In this document: in pieces, positions 27,775-36,809 of the stretch | Position numbering within the stretch: position 1 is the stretch's first letter | How the letters are laid out: each line of letters starts with the position of its first letter | Source: Patescibacteria group bacterium | GTDB lineage: Bacteria; Patescibacteriota; Microgenomatia; UBA10105; UBA927 | Direction: 5' to 3' | NCBI GenBank assembly: GCA_038062895.1 | Contig: JBBTWJ010000011.1 | Coordinates: 1 to 48,237 of the forward strand | DNA length: 48,237 bases | The notes under the pieces: generated by a model | What the model saw: only the letters and a program-made list of their open reading frames with translations | What the model was told of the DNA's origin: nothing | Database searches by the model: none | Program-made: the position numbers and the translations under genes

Positions 27775-28482
27775 ATGAAAGACGGAGTCAGCATCATTAT
27801 GCCCGCGTACAATGAAGCCGGCAATCTCGTCCGTGCTGTTGCGTCGGCCTCGCAGGTATGTAAAAAACTTCATGTCCCCTATGAAGTTATCGTGATTAAC
27901 GATGGCAGTCATGATGATACCGGTCATGTGGCCGATAGGATCGCCAAACAATCCGTGCATGTCCGGGTGATCCATAGTCCGACCAATCATGGATTCGGAT
28001 ACGCATTTCGCGTAGGTCTTGCCCGCACTGTGTTTGCCTTTACGACGCTATTCCCCAGTGACAACGAGATGAAGAAAGAATCCTTATCCGATCTTATCCG
28101 GGCCCGCCGTCGCGCGGATTTTATCAGTGCCTATATGGCCAATCCGCTCATGAGGACGATGGATCGGCGGATCATTTCTCATGTATTTGTGACCATCTGT
28201 AACATTCTGTTTCACCTGAGTCTCCGCTACTACACGGGTCCGTTTATTTGTAAAACATCCCTTGTGAAACAAGCGCACCTGACAAGCGACGGCAATACGT
28301 TTCTCGCAGAGCTGCGCGTACGTCTCATTGGACGCGGGGCAAGCGTCCTGGAGATTCCGTTTTTGTTTGAGCCCCGCAGATCCGGGGTCGCTTCCGTATT
28401 TCGATGGAAAACCATCTATCATACGATCAAAACGGTCGTCGATCTCCTCGGTGAAGACTTGCGTGGTACGTTGAGAAACTGA
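27775..28482 (+). CDS. GT2 glycosyltransferase
   Basis: IMPAYNE, INDGSHD, NHGFG. Confidence 0.85.
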   Translation: MKDGVSIIMPAYNEAGNLVRAVASASQVCKKLHVPYEVIVINDGSHDDTGHVADRIAKQSVHVRVIHSPTNHGFGYAFRVGLARTVFAFTTLFPSDNEMKKESLSDLIRARRRADFISAYMANPLMRTMDRRIISHVFVTICNILFHLSLRYYTGPFICKTSLVKQAHLTSDGNTFLAELRVRLIGRGASVLEIPFLFEPRRSGVASVFRWKTIYHTIKTVVDLLGEDLRGTLRN

Positions 28483-28489
28483 ATTCAAT

Positions 28490-28981
28490 ATGGCTCTCTT
28501 GTTTGTCAGTATAGTCTGTTATCTTCTTACGGCTTTTGTCCATGTCCTCCTTCATCGGGCGTTTGCGTTTGGGTTCGGGAAACGGACAAAAAACAGTTTT
28601 TGGGTTTTTGTTCCCGGGGCACTCTTCACAGCCTGGATACTCTATTTGATTCCGTTCTCGGACATCCATTTGAGCGCGCTTCTGTTGTACGTATTGTTAT
28701 CCGCGGCCCACTTTTTGTTTTTTATGAGCTTCTTTTTTGATGCCAGGAGTCCCTCGGCGAAACTATTATTTCTCATCCGCCGGCACGGGCCGATCACCCG
28801 GGATGAAATCCTTACGCACTTTTCTGATGACGAGACGGTTCTCAACCGCGTGAATACATTAGTGTATGAAGGGTATCTTGTAGCGCGGGGAAGCCGTCTC
28901 TACGCGGCGCCGAAAGCGATCCCTATCGCACAGTTTATGGCCTGGTACCGGCGGCTCATGAAGTGGGAAAGGGGAGGATAA
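28490..28981 (+). CDS. Small membrane protein with possible C-terminal winged-helix-like domain
   Basis: Three TM segments, then RSPSAKLL...ITRDEIL...RVNTLVYEGYL. Confidence 0.55.
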   Translation: MALLFVSIVCYLLTAFVHVLLHRAFAFGFGKRTKNSFWVFVPGALFTAWILYLIPFSDIHLSALLLYVLLSAAHFLFFMSFFFDARSPSAKLLFLIRRHGPITRDEILTHFSDDETVLNRVNTLVYEGYLVARGSRLYAAPKAIPIAQFMAWYRRLMKWERGG

Positions 28982-28982
28982 G

Positions 28983-29519
28983 ATGGATATTTCGATCATT
29001 ACGGCTGCGCTGGGTACATTTGTTACATTCCTGATCGTTCATGTCATCGTCCTCCGGCGGATATCGGACCGCGCCGTCATCCTTACATTTTGGATGACGT
29101 ATGGAGCTGTGGGCATGATTCTCTATACCCTGCTAAGTATTTCGGCGTTCATCATGGGAATGAATATCTCATCAGTGGTTTTTGCCGTGGTTGTATCCGG
29201 AACACTCTATACGCTTCTCGTCGGCAATTATTTTATGGGGATTTTTGGCCTCATGGAGTCTTCGATCAGGATGCGCGTTTTGGGCGAGATCGCTCGGGCG
29301 GGGAGCCAAGGCATATCCCAGCGAACGCTCCTCGCGCAGTATAATCATACGAAGATCGTCGATAAGCGGCTCGCGCGGTTCGTCGCATCCGGCGATATTG
29401 AACTTGTCCGTGGGGCGTACGTGTCGCGCAAACCATTTACCTTTTTTCTTCTACCGGCATTGGTCTTGCGTTTCGTATGGTGGGCCTACGGGAGGACGAA
29501 CATTGTATATGTAAAATAA
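28983..29519 (+). CDS. Small membrane protein, similar architecture to the upstream gene
   Basis: Three TM segments, then SSIRMRVL...ISQRTLL...KRLARFVASGDI. Confidence 0.55.
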   Translation: MDISIITAALGTFVTFLIVHVIVLRRISDRAVILTFWMTYGAVGMILYTLLSISAFIMGMNISSVVFAVVVSGTLYTLLVGNYFMGIFGLMESSIRMRVLGEIARAGSQGISQRTLLAQYNHTKIVDKRLARFVASGDIELVRGAYVSRKPFTFFLLPALVLRFVWWAYGRTNIVYVK

Positions 29520-29523
29520 TGAT

Positions 29524-30783
29524 ATGACTCGACAAAAAAAAACGATATTGACTCTATTCCTGCTTGGTTTGTTGTTCCGTCTGTTTTTGGCATTCAACGC
29601 ATACGACACGATTGTCTTTGATGCAAAGGGCTACTCGGATTTTGCCATACAGTTCTTGAGTGGCAAATGGCCCATTGACTGTTGTGCCAAAAACATGGGC
29701 TACGGCGCATTTCTCGCGCTTGTTTACAAGTTCTTCGGGATTGAAAATCTGACTGCTGTCCGTCTAGTCCACATTGTCTTTGATCTTGTTTCCGCCCTTC
29801 TTCTTTTTGAAACCGCCAAAAAACTATTCAATCAGAAAGCAGCGTTGTTCTCGTTTACTATGTATCTGTTTAACCCCTTTACTGCGGCATTTACCGGGCT
29901 GGTACTTGCTGAAACCGTGAGCATATTTTTGGTCTCGCTTCTGTTCTATATCCTCTCGCGGGCAGGATGGAAGTCCAGCCCGATACTCTGGTTGAGTTTC
30001 GGTCTGACGGCCGGCCTCCTGCTTTTTACCCGGCACTCCTTCTACTATTTCCTCTTTGTCTTTTTTGCGGTATTGGGGGTATGGTTTGCAAGGTACTACC
30101 TTGCAGCCTCGCAAGGTACTACCTTGCGAGGCTGGAAGGTTATAGTTCGATTTTATAGTTTTTTGTTTGCCGGGTTTCTGCTCGCTTCATCGTATTCGCT
30201 CATGGTCAATTTCAAAACATACGGTAAACCATCGCTCGTGCCACTTTATAATCTGAAGTACGAAATCATTTATCTCAACTTTTTTCGCTGGAAGTATCCG
30301 GAAGTCGAGTTTAAAGGCGAAATCCCCCAGTATGGAGAGGTGGTCCAAAGCTACTGGAATACGCCGATAGAAGGCAAAGCTGCTCATTCAGAAAAGTATA
30401 AACAGATGCTCCTTGCACGGCTGCCGGGGGAGTGGCCTACATTTCTTTCCAATCTCGCGATGAATATCGTGTGGCTTTGGGATAAAGATCATATCTATAC
30501 CTACGTCGATACGTTTTATCCGGCTGATCAGTGGCCGATGCGGATTCTCAACATTGGGCTTATCGGATTATGGGCGATAGGGGTCATAGGACAGGTACGG
30601 AAGAAGGGAAGAAAAGTACTCCAAGAGCCGGTATTTCTTTTTTCCATCCTGCTCTTTTTCTACATCACGCTCCTGTTTCCTTTATTATCCAACGAGAGCC
30701 GCCACACCCTGGTCTACTATCCGATTCTCTCCCTCTGGGCGGGAAGCGGAGTACAATTTGTGTTTACGAAGTTATTTCGTTAG
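29524..30783 (+). CDS. GT-C (PMT_2/GT39-like) membrane glycosyltransferase
   Basis: FDAKGY after TM1, FNPFTA...LAET, ESR; paralog of 33331. Confidence 0.7.
   Translation: MTRQKKTILTLFLLGLLFRLFLAFNAYDTIVFDAKGYSDFAIQFLSGKWPIDCCAKNMGYGAFLALVYKFFGIENLTAVRLVHIVFDLVSALLLFETAKKLFNQKAALFSFTMYLFNPFTAAFTGLVLAETVSIFLVSLLFYILSRAGWKSSPILWLSFGLTAGLLLFTRHSFYYFLFVFFAVLGVWFARYYLAASQGTTLRGWKVIVRFYSFLFAGFLLASSYSLMVNFKTYGKPSLVPLYNLKYEIIYLNFFRWKYPEVEFKGEIPQYGEVVQSYWNTPIEGKAAHSEKYKQMLLARLPGEWPTFLSNLAMNIVWLWDKDHIYTYVDTFYPADQWPMRILNIGLIGLWAIGVIGQVRKKGRKVLQEPVFLFSILLFFYITLLFPLLSNESRHTLVYYPILSLWAGSGVQFVFTKLFR
30085..30133. repeat. Family B REP doublet, inverted, in-frame (FARYYLAASQGTTLRG)
   Basis: TTTGCAAGGTACTACCTTGCAGCCTCGCAAGGTACTACCTTGCGAGGCT. 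Confidence 0.95.
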
Positions 30784-30852
30784 TTCGTTACTTAGTTACT
30801 TTGTTGTATTGTCACTTTGTCATTTTGTCACTTTGTTGTATTGTCACTTTGT
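30776..30852. repeat. Degenerate octamer tandem array, mostly intergenic
   Basis: TTCGTTAG/TTGTTGTA/TTGTCACT/TTGTCATT units. Confidence 0.8.
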
Positions 30853-30858
30853 AAATCT

Positions 30859-31839
30859 ATGAACACCCTCATCACCGGTGCCAGCGGATTTATCGGGAGC
30901 CATTTGGTTGAGCGGCTTTTGGCTGACGGGCACCGCGTGACGGCACTGGATTTTGTCGTGTCGGATTTTATGAAAGCCTTCAGAGGCGAAAAAAAGCTGA
31001 AGATTCATGTGTTAGATTTGGGGGAAGAAAAAGCCATCAATCCGGCATATTTTAAAAATATTGATTGGGTCTTTCATCTGGCAGGATACTCCGATATTGT
31101 GCCCTCGATCCTTCGTCCGGCCGAGTATCATCGTGCCAACGTCACCGTGACGGTCAATGTATTGGAAGCGTGCCGGAAGGCGAAGATCAAAAAGTTTATC
31201 TATGCCGCGTCCTCGACGTGCTATGGTAAAAATCCTTCTGTCCCTACGCCGGAAACTTCAACGATTGCTACCCAGTTCCCATACGCGTTAACGAAATATC
31301 TTGGCGAGCTTTACGCCCTCCATTATCATCAGGTGTACAAACTGCCGGTCGTAAGTTTGCGGCTTTTCAATGTCTACGGGCCGCGCTCGCGCGTATCGGG
31401 CGACTACGGACCGGTGTTTAGTACGTTTATGGCGCAGAAATTGAACGGAAAACCCTACACCGTAGTAGGGGACGGGACACAAAAACGGGATTTTACGTAT
31501 GTGAGTGATGTGGTGTCGGCGATGATTGCAGCCGCGAAATCCAATGTGGTTGGCGATGTGTTTAACGTAGGCACCGGCAACCCCCAAAGTGTCAATACGC
31601 TTGTTGCACTATTAGGTGGCGGCAACGTTGTCCATATTCCTAAACGTCCCGGCGAACCGGACGCGACCCACGCGGATATTACGAAGATCAATAAGATGTT
31701 GGGTTGGTCGCCGAAGGTTTCTTTTGCCCAAGGAGTAGGGGAGGTCCTCGTCCACATCGATGACTGGAAGAGCGCCCCCGTCCTCACCCCAGCATTAATT
31801 AAACAGGCTACCAAAGATTGGTTCCGGTATTTGGGGTAA
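30859..31839 (+). CDS. NAD-dependent epimerase/dehydratase
   Basis: TGASGFIG, AASSTCYG, YALTK, FNVYGPR, RDFTYV. Confidence 0.9.
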   Translation: MNTLITGASGFIGSHLVERLLADGHRVTALDFVVSDFMKAFRGEKKLKIHVLDLGEEKAINPAYFKNIDWVFHLAGYSDIVPSILRPAEYHRANVTVTVNVLEACRKAKIKKFIYAASSTCYGKNPSVPTPETSTIATQFPYALTKYLGELYALHYHQVYKLPVVSLRLFNVYGPRSRVSGDYGPVFSTFMAQKLNGKPYTVVGDGTQKRDFTYVSDVVSAMIAAAKSNVVGDVFNVGTGNPQSVNTLVALLGGGNVVHIPKRPGEPDATHADITKINKMLGWSPKVSFAQGVGEVLVHIDDWKSAPVLTPALIKQATKDWFRYLG

Positions 31840-31901
31840 CACGGATTACTCCGATTGCAATCGTTGATTTTCTACAGGAAAAAGTATAGGATCAATCAGT
31901 T

Positions 31902-32204
31902 ATGATACAAGAAAAAGATTTTATCGATGCACTAGATAGCCCGGGTTTTACGTTTACATCTAAACCAATAGAGGTTGAAGAATTTAAACAATTAATACGC
32001 GATCTAACATGCATACCGGGAGTACGCTATGAAGTGGAAAGCGAAGGAGGGTCGTATATGAAATCTAACACCTTTTGGTTTGATGGTGGTAGAATTTATT
32101 TCCGAAGCAGTGGATATCACCCGGGTAATGAACATCCATTTGTGACTTTGTGCGGCGAAGTTATAGATTGGGAAGACGATGTTTTATACGAATTTAGAAA
32201 TTAA
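31902..32204 (+). CDS. Hypothetical protein (AT-richer orphan)
   Basis: 100-aa ORF filling a gap; lower GC than neighbours. Confidence 0.55.
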   Translation: MIQEKDFIDALDSPGFTFTSKPIEVEEFKQLIRDLTCIPGVRYEVESEGGSYMKSNTFWFDGGRIYFRSSGYHPGNEHPFVTLCGEVIDWEDDVLYEFRN

Positions 32205-32209
32205 ATATT

Positions 32210-32308
32210 AGGTCCTCGCTCATATTAACGACTGGAAGCGCCCCCCCCTTCTTCACCCCATCCACCATTAAAAAAGTGACGAAAGCCTGGTTCCGGTATC
32301 TTGGCTAA
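32210..32308 (+). pseudogene. Diverged duplicate of the 3' end of epimerase 30859..31839
   Basis: Encodes VLAHINDWK...(+1 shift in C-run)...TPSTIKKVTKAWFRYLG* versus VLVHIDDWK...TPALIKQATKDWFRYLG*. Confidence 0.8.
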
Positions 32309-32362
32309 ATCAACATAGTGATCAAGTACGCCCGCCATGCCGGCAAGGCAGGTGCTTGTCCG

Positions 32363-33013
32363 TTATGTTGAGGAATAAAGCGTGGATTTTACGTAGGCTT
32401 TAACCTGTGACTCCAAATATTCCGAAATTTCCTGCGGTGTATATGGATGCCCTATGTAGGTGATAGAAAAATCTTGAATATCCCCGGTGTAGGCAAGTTG
32501 CTCAAGAAAGAGTTTTCTGGAAAATTCATTCCCGAACCGTTTTTCGGCATCAGCGATGAGTTGCGGGAGTGAGATGTGCCCATATTTGAGAAGAAAAAAG
32601 AAGTCGACATAATCCCGCCACGCATTGCGTTTCCCGATGGTCAATGCTTTGTCTGTTGCGATATCGCGTTTGTCGCAAAGGGGGATAGCCGTGGTTGGAA
32701 TGGTCGGGTACAGCGGCGGGTACCAATAATACAAAAATGTGATTTCCACGCCGGAGGCAAGCTCAACGGTGAGTTGATCTCCTGTGTCGACATGTTTGAC
32801 GGGTGATTGCCCAAAAAGTTCCTGAAGGGATTTGTAGAGTGTCCGTGGTATTGGCTTTGGGGTGAAAAGATCAAAATCAAATGATTTCCGGTGTCCGATT
32901 TGGAGGGCAAGGGCAGTACCTCCGGCAAGTGTCGCGGTCTTTGTATATGCGCTGAGCTTGCCAAAGACGGCGCGCCGCGCATCATCCAATATTTCGAGGT
33001 GTAGTTTTGTCAT
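32363..33013 (-). CDS. Nucleotidyltransferase, AbiEii/AbiGii toxin family
   Basis: LAGGTALALQIGHRKSFDFDLF, RDYVDF. Confidence 0.85.
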   Translation of the reverse strand: MTKLHLEILDDARRAVFGKLSAYTKTATLAGGTALALQIGHRKSFDFDLFTPKPIPRTLYKSLQELFGQSPVKHVDTGDQLTVELASGVEITFLYYWYPPLYPTIPTTAIPLCDKRDIATDKALTIGKRNAWRDYVDFFFLLKYGHISLPQLIADAEKRFGNEFSRKLFLEQLAYTGDIQDFSITYIGHPYTPQEISEYLESQVKAYVKSTLYSST

Positions 33014-33281
33014 AACGGTCTCTGAGTATTTGAGACTCCGGCATGTCGAGTATGAGGTGGGAAAAGTGTAGCGCCTCCGGCGAATAGAGCTTCATGGGCT
33101 GGGTTTGAAAGGTATCCCGTACGGTGTCTGTACCGTAATGCTTGAGCATCCAAGCGACCTGTTCCCACGTGCCAAGCGCCAGTATTTGGTGAATGATATA
33201 TGCCTTATTTTGTTGCAGGTCGAGATCATCTATTGCTGCAGATTTTAGTAGTGCCTGCATCGATTTGGGCGGGTGGGCCAT
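32982..33281 (-). CDS. DUF6922-like putative antitoxin
   Basis: LDL..NK.YII.QIL..G......W....YG pattern; overlaps the toxin start. Confidence 0.65.
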   Translation of the reverse strand: MAHPPKSMQALLKSAAIDDLDLQQNKAYIIHQILALGTWEQVAWMLKHYGTDTVRDTFQTQPMKLYSPEALHFSHLILDMPESQILRDRYDKTTPRNIG

Positions 33282-33330
33282 AGCATAATTATATCTCATT
33301 TTCTTGTCCAATGCGCTATACTTTCTTCTA

Positions 33331-34701
33331 ATGCGTATCCCCAAATCCACGTTGATTATAGTCGGCCTTGCAGTTGTTGGTTTCCTTTTCCGTCTCTGGA
33401 TCGTCCACCTCGTACCCCAGCCGTTTGTGTATGACCAGGATGAGTATTATGGGTATGCGCTCGGCATACTCAATAAGGGCCTCCACGCGGATTTGTATCG
33501 GGTCTACGGGTATCCGCTGATTGTTGCCCCGCTTATTTATCTTTTTGGGGTGAAGTCATCCGTTCCCTGGACGGTGTTTCATGGGATTTTGGATACTGCG
33601 ACGGCTTTATTGGTCTATTGGATTGCCCGTCACCTGTCATCCCCGACTCGATCGGGGATCCAGTCTTTATCGAAGTTGGATTCCCGCCGGAGTTTACCCC
33701 GCACTTTGATGCGGGGCGGGAATGACAGCCACTTGCCCGCTGCCTGGATCGCGTTCATCCTGTATCTTTTTAATCCCTTCACCGCCGGATACGTCGGGGT
33801 TCTCCTTTCAGAAGTCGTGACGGTGTTTTTTGTTACATTGATCAGCGCACTGCTCATCCGTTATTTCGAGAAAAAATCAATGCCGTTGTTTTTCGTTTTG
33901 ATCCTTCTGCTGGGCTTTTTGCCGCAGGTGCGTCCGGTATTTATCGCTCTTTCCCTCGTCGCCGCGGGCGTGCTGATATGGGCAGCAGAGAAGCGGGTCA
34001 AAAAGATTCAGGAAAAACTATCGTTTGGATTTTTGACGTTGGTAGTATTCAGTCTGCCATTTTGGTACACGATTGCGGGCAATCTGGTGTACTACAGGCA
34101 GTTTAGTGTTCTTGGAGTCGAGCCGACGTTTGTCCGCGAGCTCTATGCAAGCCTTTTCATCGGCCGGGGGATGCCGTTCACCGATACGAAATGGGGCGAT
34201 TGGCCGGTGGAAGCCCAAAACGCCTGGGGAGCATTCACTTCTCCTAAAGATGCCGCAGGACGGAAAGCCGTCGCCGATCAACATTTCCAGTTAGCAATGC
34301 AGATCATACGTCGTGATCCGGCAGCTTTTATCCAATCACGGATTGCCAAAATGGGGTATGTGTGGGAAAAGCACTTCATCTACCCGTACGCCATGGGTAA
34401 GCCGACGCCGGAAATGAAAGCCTTGACGTATTGGGGAAATATTGCGGTCTTGGTGCTGGCGGTACTAGGATTATGTTCTGCCTGGAAAAAAAATAAGCAC
34501 CTGGTTCTTGCCGTCGGTGTATTATTTCTTTACATCGCTCTTGCCCATGTGATTTCGACAAGTGAAGAACGTTTTAGTTTGCCGGCCTATCCGTGGGTAG
34601 CGATATTTGCGGGCTACGGGATTTGGACATTGGTTGAGAGTCTCGGTTTTTTCCACCAGGGAAAAGCAGGAGGGGAGACGAGTCCGAGTTTATTATCATA
34701 A
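33331..34701 (+). CDS. GT-C (PMT_2/GT39-like) membrane glycosyltransferase
   Basis: YDQDEY, R..GYP, FNPFTA...LSEV, EERF. Confidence 0.7.
   Translation: MRIPKSTLIIVGLAVVGFLFRLWIVHLVPQPFVYDQDEYYGYALGILNKGLHADLYRVYGYPLIVAPLIYLFGVKSSVPWTVFHGILDTATALLVYWIARHLSSPTRSGIQSLSKLDSRRSLPRTLMRGGNDSHLPAAWIAFILYLFNPFTAGYVGVLLSEVVTVFFVTLISALLIRYFEKKSMPLFFVLILLLGFLPQVRPVFIALSLVAAGVLIWAAEKRVKKIQEKLSFGFLTLVVFSLPFWYTIAGNLVYYRQFSVLGVEPTFVRELYASLFIGRGMPFTDTKWGDWPVEAQNAWGAFTSPKDAAGRKAVADQHFQLAMQIIRRDPAAFIQSRIAKMGYVWEKHFIYPYAMGKPTPEMKALTYWGNIAVLVLAVLGLCSAWKKNKHLVLAVGVLFLYIALAHVISTSEERFSLPAYPWVAIFAGYGIWTLVESLGFFHQGKAGGETSPSLLS
33635..33727. repeat. Family C element with nested hairpin, in-frame (93 bp)
   Basis: TGTCATCCCCGACTCGATCGGGGATCCAG...TGGATTCCCGCC[GGAGTTTACCCCGCACTTTGATGCGGG]GCGGGAATGACA. 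Confidence 0.9.
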
Positions 34702-36413
34702 ATCAATGTTAACGGAACGCCCTGCACGCTAACCGTGTAGGCAATTTTATGTTTCGGCATGTAGTCCGTCACTCCCCAGTACCGGTCAAAAAATGATTGA
34801 CGGTTGAGAACGACGACATAGTCTGCCTCATCAAACCCTTTTTTGTTGACGCGGGAGAGAAGATCCGGCCGCAGGTATTTGGCCGCCGCGTCGGGCGCCA
34901 TGAGCACATGAATGAAGCTGTCCTTCGGCGCGTTCGTGTTGAGCCAGAGCATTGCAGCTTTTTGGCTCGTCCCCCAGTACTCCACGTCGAAGTTTTTCCA
35001 GGCTCCCCGCACCCCGCCGACCAGTTCATTGAAGTAGGAGATTTGGTAGGGATGATAGCGGATGATGGGTACTATGAGCCAAAGAAATACGACTCCCGTC
35101 AGAACTCTTTGCACCATTGGACTCATGATTCTCATGTGACTCATCCGACGCATGTGATCAAGCGTTGCCGCTGCTCCTACGGCTGCAATGGCTGCCAGGG
35201 GGAATACTACTTCTTCAAAATGCCGGATGCCGTCGATGACGCCGATTTTGGGGTTGAGATAGCGGGTGAGGGGAAGGAAGAACCAGAGGAGGAGTAGTAA
35301 GAAATTTGACATTCGTTGTTTCGAAAAGAGAAAATCGCTATCGAAATGGGAAAATCGATTATCGTTTTTCGTATTTCTATTACGAATATCGAATCTCGAT
35401 ACATCAAATTTCCACTTTCCGATACGGAAAATGCTTATTCCCATTGTGGACAGTCCTACGAAGAAGAATAGTAATATAGGCAGAGGAGTGGTGACCCCCA
35501 AATACCCCAGCGCGTAGTGCCAGGGGACGTTGATGGCGCTTTTGTAGATCGTGCCGAAGTAGAGGACCTCGAGATTTTGGGTGTTATCCAGGAAGAATCG
35601 GAACATATAGACGAGCCGGTCGATCGGATGCTTCCAAAATGGCAGCCAGAGGAGGAAGGCGGCGAGGGGAGCTGTGATGAAATAAAGGAGTGGAAAATAG
35701 AAAATCGACGTAACGATATGCGAAATTCGTAATCGAAAATCGAATTTCGTTTTTCTATTCCGATTTTCCAATTTCCGTACATCGAATATCGAATTTCCGA
35801 CCATCCACACCCCTGCTATCACCGGAACCAGCAGCGTATTCACCTTTGTATTAAATGCGATGGCAAACGCGAGTGTTGCAAAGAGAAGATCTTTAATCCT
35901 TTGATAACGAGCCAGCCGCCAGAACATATAGATAGCCAAGGTAAATGCGGCGGCCTGCGGCACGTCTTTCATGTTGTTATGGAGGTCCCCCCAGTAACGG
36001 GGGAGGAGAGCAAGAAAAGCAAAACCGGCAAGAGCGGTCGTCAATCCGAATGCTTCCAGAAGAAAGAGATAGAGGATGAAGACACCAGCCGCTCCCGTGA
36101 CGATGATGGAGAGGTGGTACGCGTTATCAAACGCCAGTAACTTGAGGGTCTCATGGAAAATTTGATAGGTGATGGTGGGCGCAATCAGCATGAGCGGGCC
36201 AAAGGGCAGATCATACGTCCCGCGGGGGTCCGGCATGGTGAACGGGATATTTTTCGTGAGCGATTCTTTTAGGGGAATCCCCAGGTGGTACAGTCCGGCA
36301 AAGAAGTGATGGTGGAAGTCCCACGTGATGCCATAATCATCGATGATGGCGAGGTGTACGATGAGCAAGAGTAGCGTCAGAATGAGCCCTGTGGTAAAAT
36401 GCACTTTATTCAT
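34614..36413 (-). CDS. GT-C (GT39-like) membrane glycosyltransferase
   Basis: DYGITWD, HNNMKD, PWHY, DGIRH, HPYQ..YFN; start 36413 or 36419. Confidence 0.7.
   Translation of the reverse strand: MNKVHFTTGLILTLLLLIVHLAIIDDYGITWDFHHHFFAGLYHLGIPLKESLTKNIPFTMPDPRGTYDLPFGPLMLIAPTITYQIFHETLKLLAFDNAYHLSIIVTGAAGVFILYLFLLEAFGLTTALAGFAFLALLPRYWGDLHNNMKDVPQAAAFTLAIYMFWRLARYQRIKDLLFATLAFAIAFNTKVNTLLVPVIAGVWMVGNSIFDVRKLENRNRKTKFDFRLRISHIVTSIFYFPLLYFITAPLAAFLLWLPFWKHPIDRLVYMFRFFLDNTQNLEVLYFGTIYKSAINVPWHYALGYLGVTTPLPILLFFFVGLSTMGISIFRIGKWKFDVSRFDIRNRNTKNDNRFSHFDSDFLFSKQRMSNFLLLLLWFFLPLTRYLNPKIGVIDGIRHFEEVVFPLAAIAAVGAAATLDHMRRMSHMRIMSPMVQRVLTGVVFLWLIVPIIRYHPYQISYFNELVGGVRGAWKNFDVEYWGTSQKAAMLWLNTNAPKDSFIHVLMAPDAAAKYLRPDLLSRVNKKGFDEADYVVVLNRQSFFDRYWGVTDYMPKHKIAYTVSVQGVPLTLIYDNKLGLVSPPAFPWWKKPRLSTNVQIP
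35302..35432. repeat. Opposed degenerate heptamer arrays inside CDS
   Basis: GAAAATC/GAATATC-type units and their reverse complements. Confidence 0.7.
35691..35801. repeat. Opposed degenerate heptamer arrays inside CDS (second copy)
   Basis: GAAAATC GAATTTC...GATTTTC GAATATC units. Confidence 0.7.
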
Positions 36414-36437
36414 AGACATATTATAATCGAAAAAATT

Positions 36438-36770
36438 ATGGGGCAATATAGAGGAGAAGTCAGATTAATATTTAAGTGTCATCAGGCTGAAGCATTTGGT
36501 TGTCCGATAAAGGACCAAGGGGAATGCAAGCTTGGCTCTCGCCTAGGTGTCGAGAAAAAGGTCATTACGTTTACTGTAAACGCAAATAATACAGATGATG
36601 CGTGTAACGCTCTGGGTATTACCGCAAGAGAATACGTTGATGAACATGAAGAGGCTGTTGATACGTGTCAGAACGTTGAGGCTGTTGAGAGGTTGGCTCC
36701 GGGTTCTAAACCATCGGAAATATGCTTTGGACTCCCTCAGGTAGATTATGGATCAATTGAGCGTTTGTAA
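36438..36770 (+). CDS. Hypothetical Cys-containing acidic protein
   Basis: 110-aa ORF in a gap; TATAAT 10 nt upstream. Confidence 0.5.
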   Translation: MGQYRGEVRLIFKCHQAEAFGCPIKDQGECKLGSRLGVEKKVITFTVNANNTDDACNALGITAREYVDEHEEAVDTCQNVEAVERLAPGSKPSEICFGLPQVDYGSIERL

Positions 36771-36809
36771 CCCCTTAACCTTCCAGGTTCATTAGCTTTG
36801 AACATCCCC

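Noticed and set aside
31742-32308. Diversity-generating retroelement TR/VR pair
   Set aside because: The mismatches are not adenine-specific and there is no reverse transcriptase in the window.
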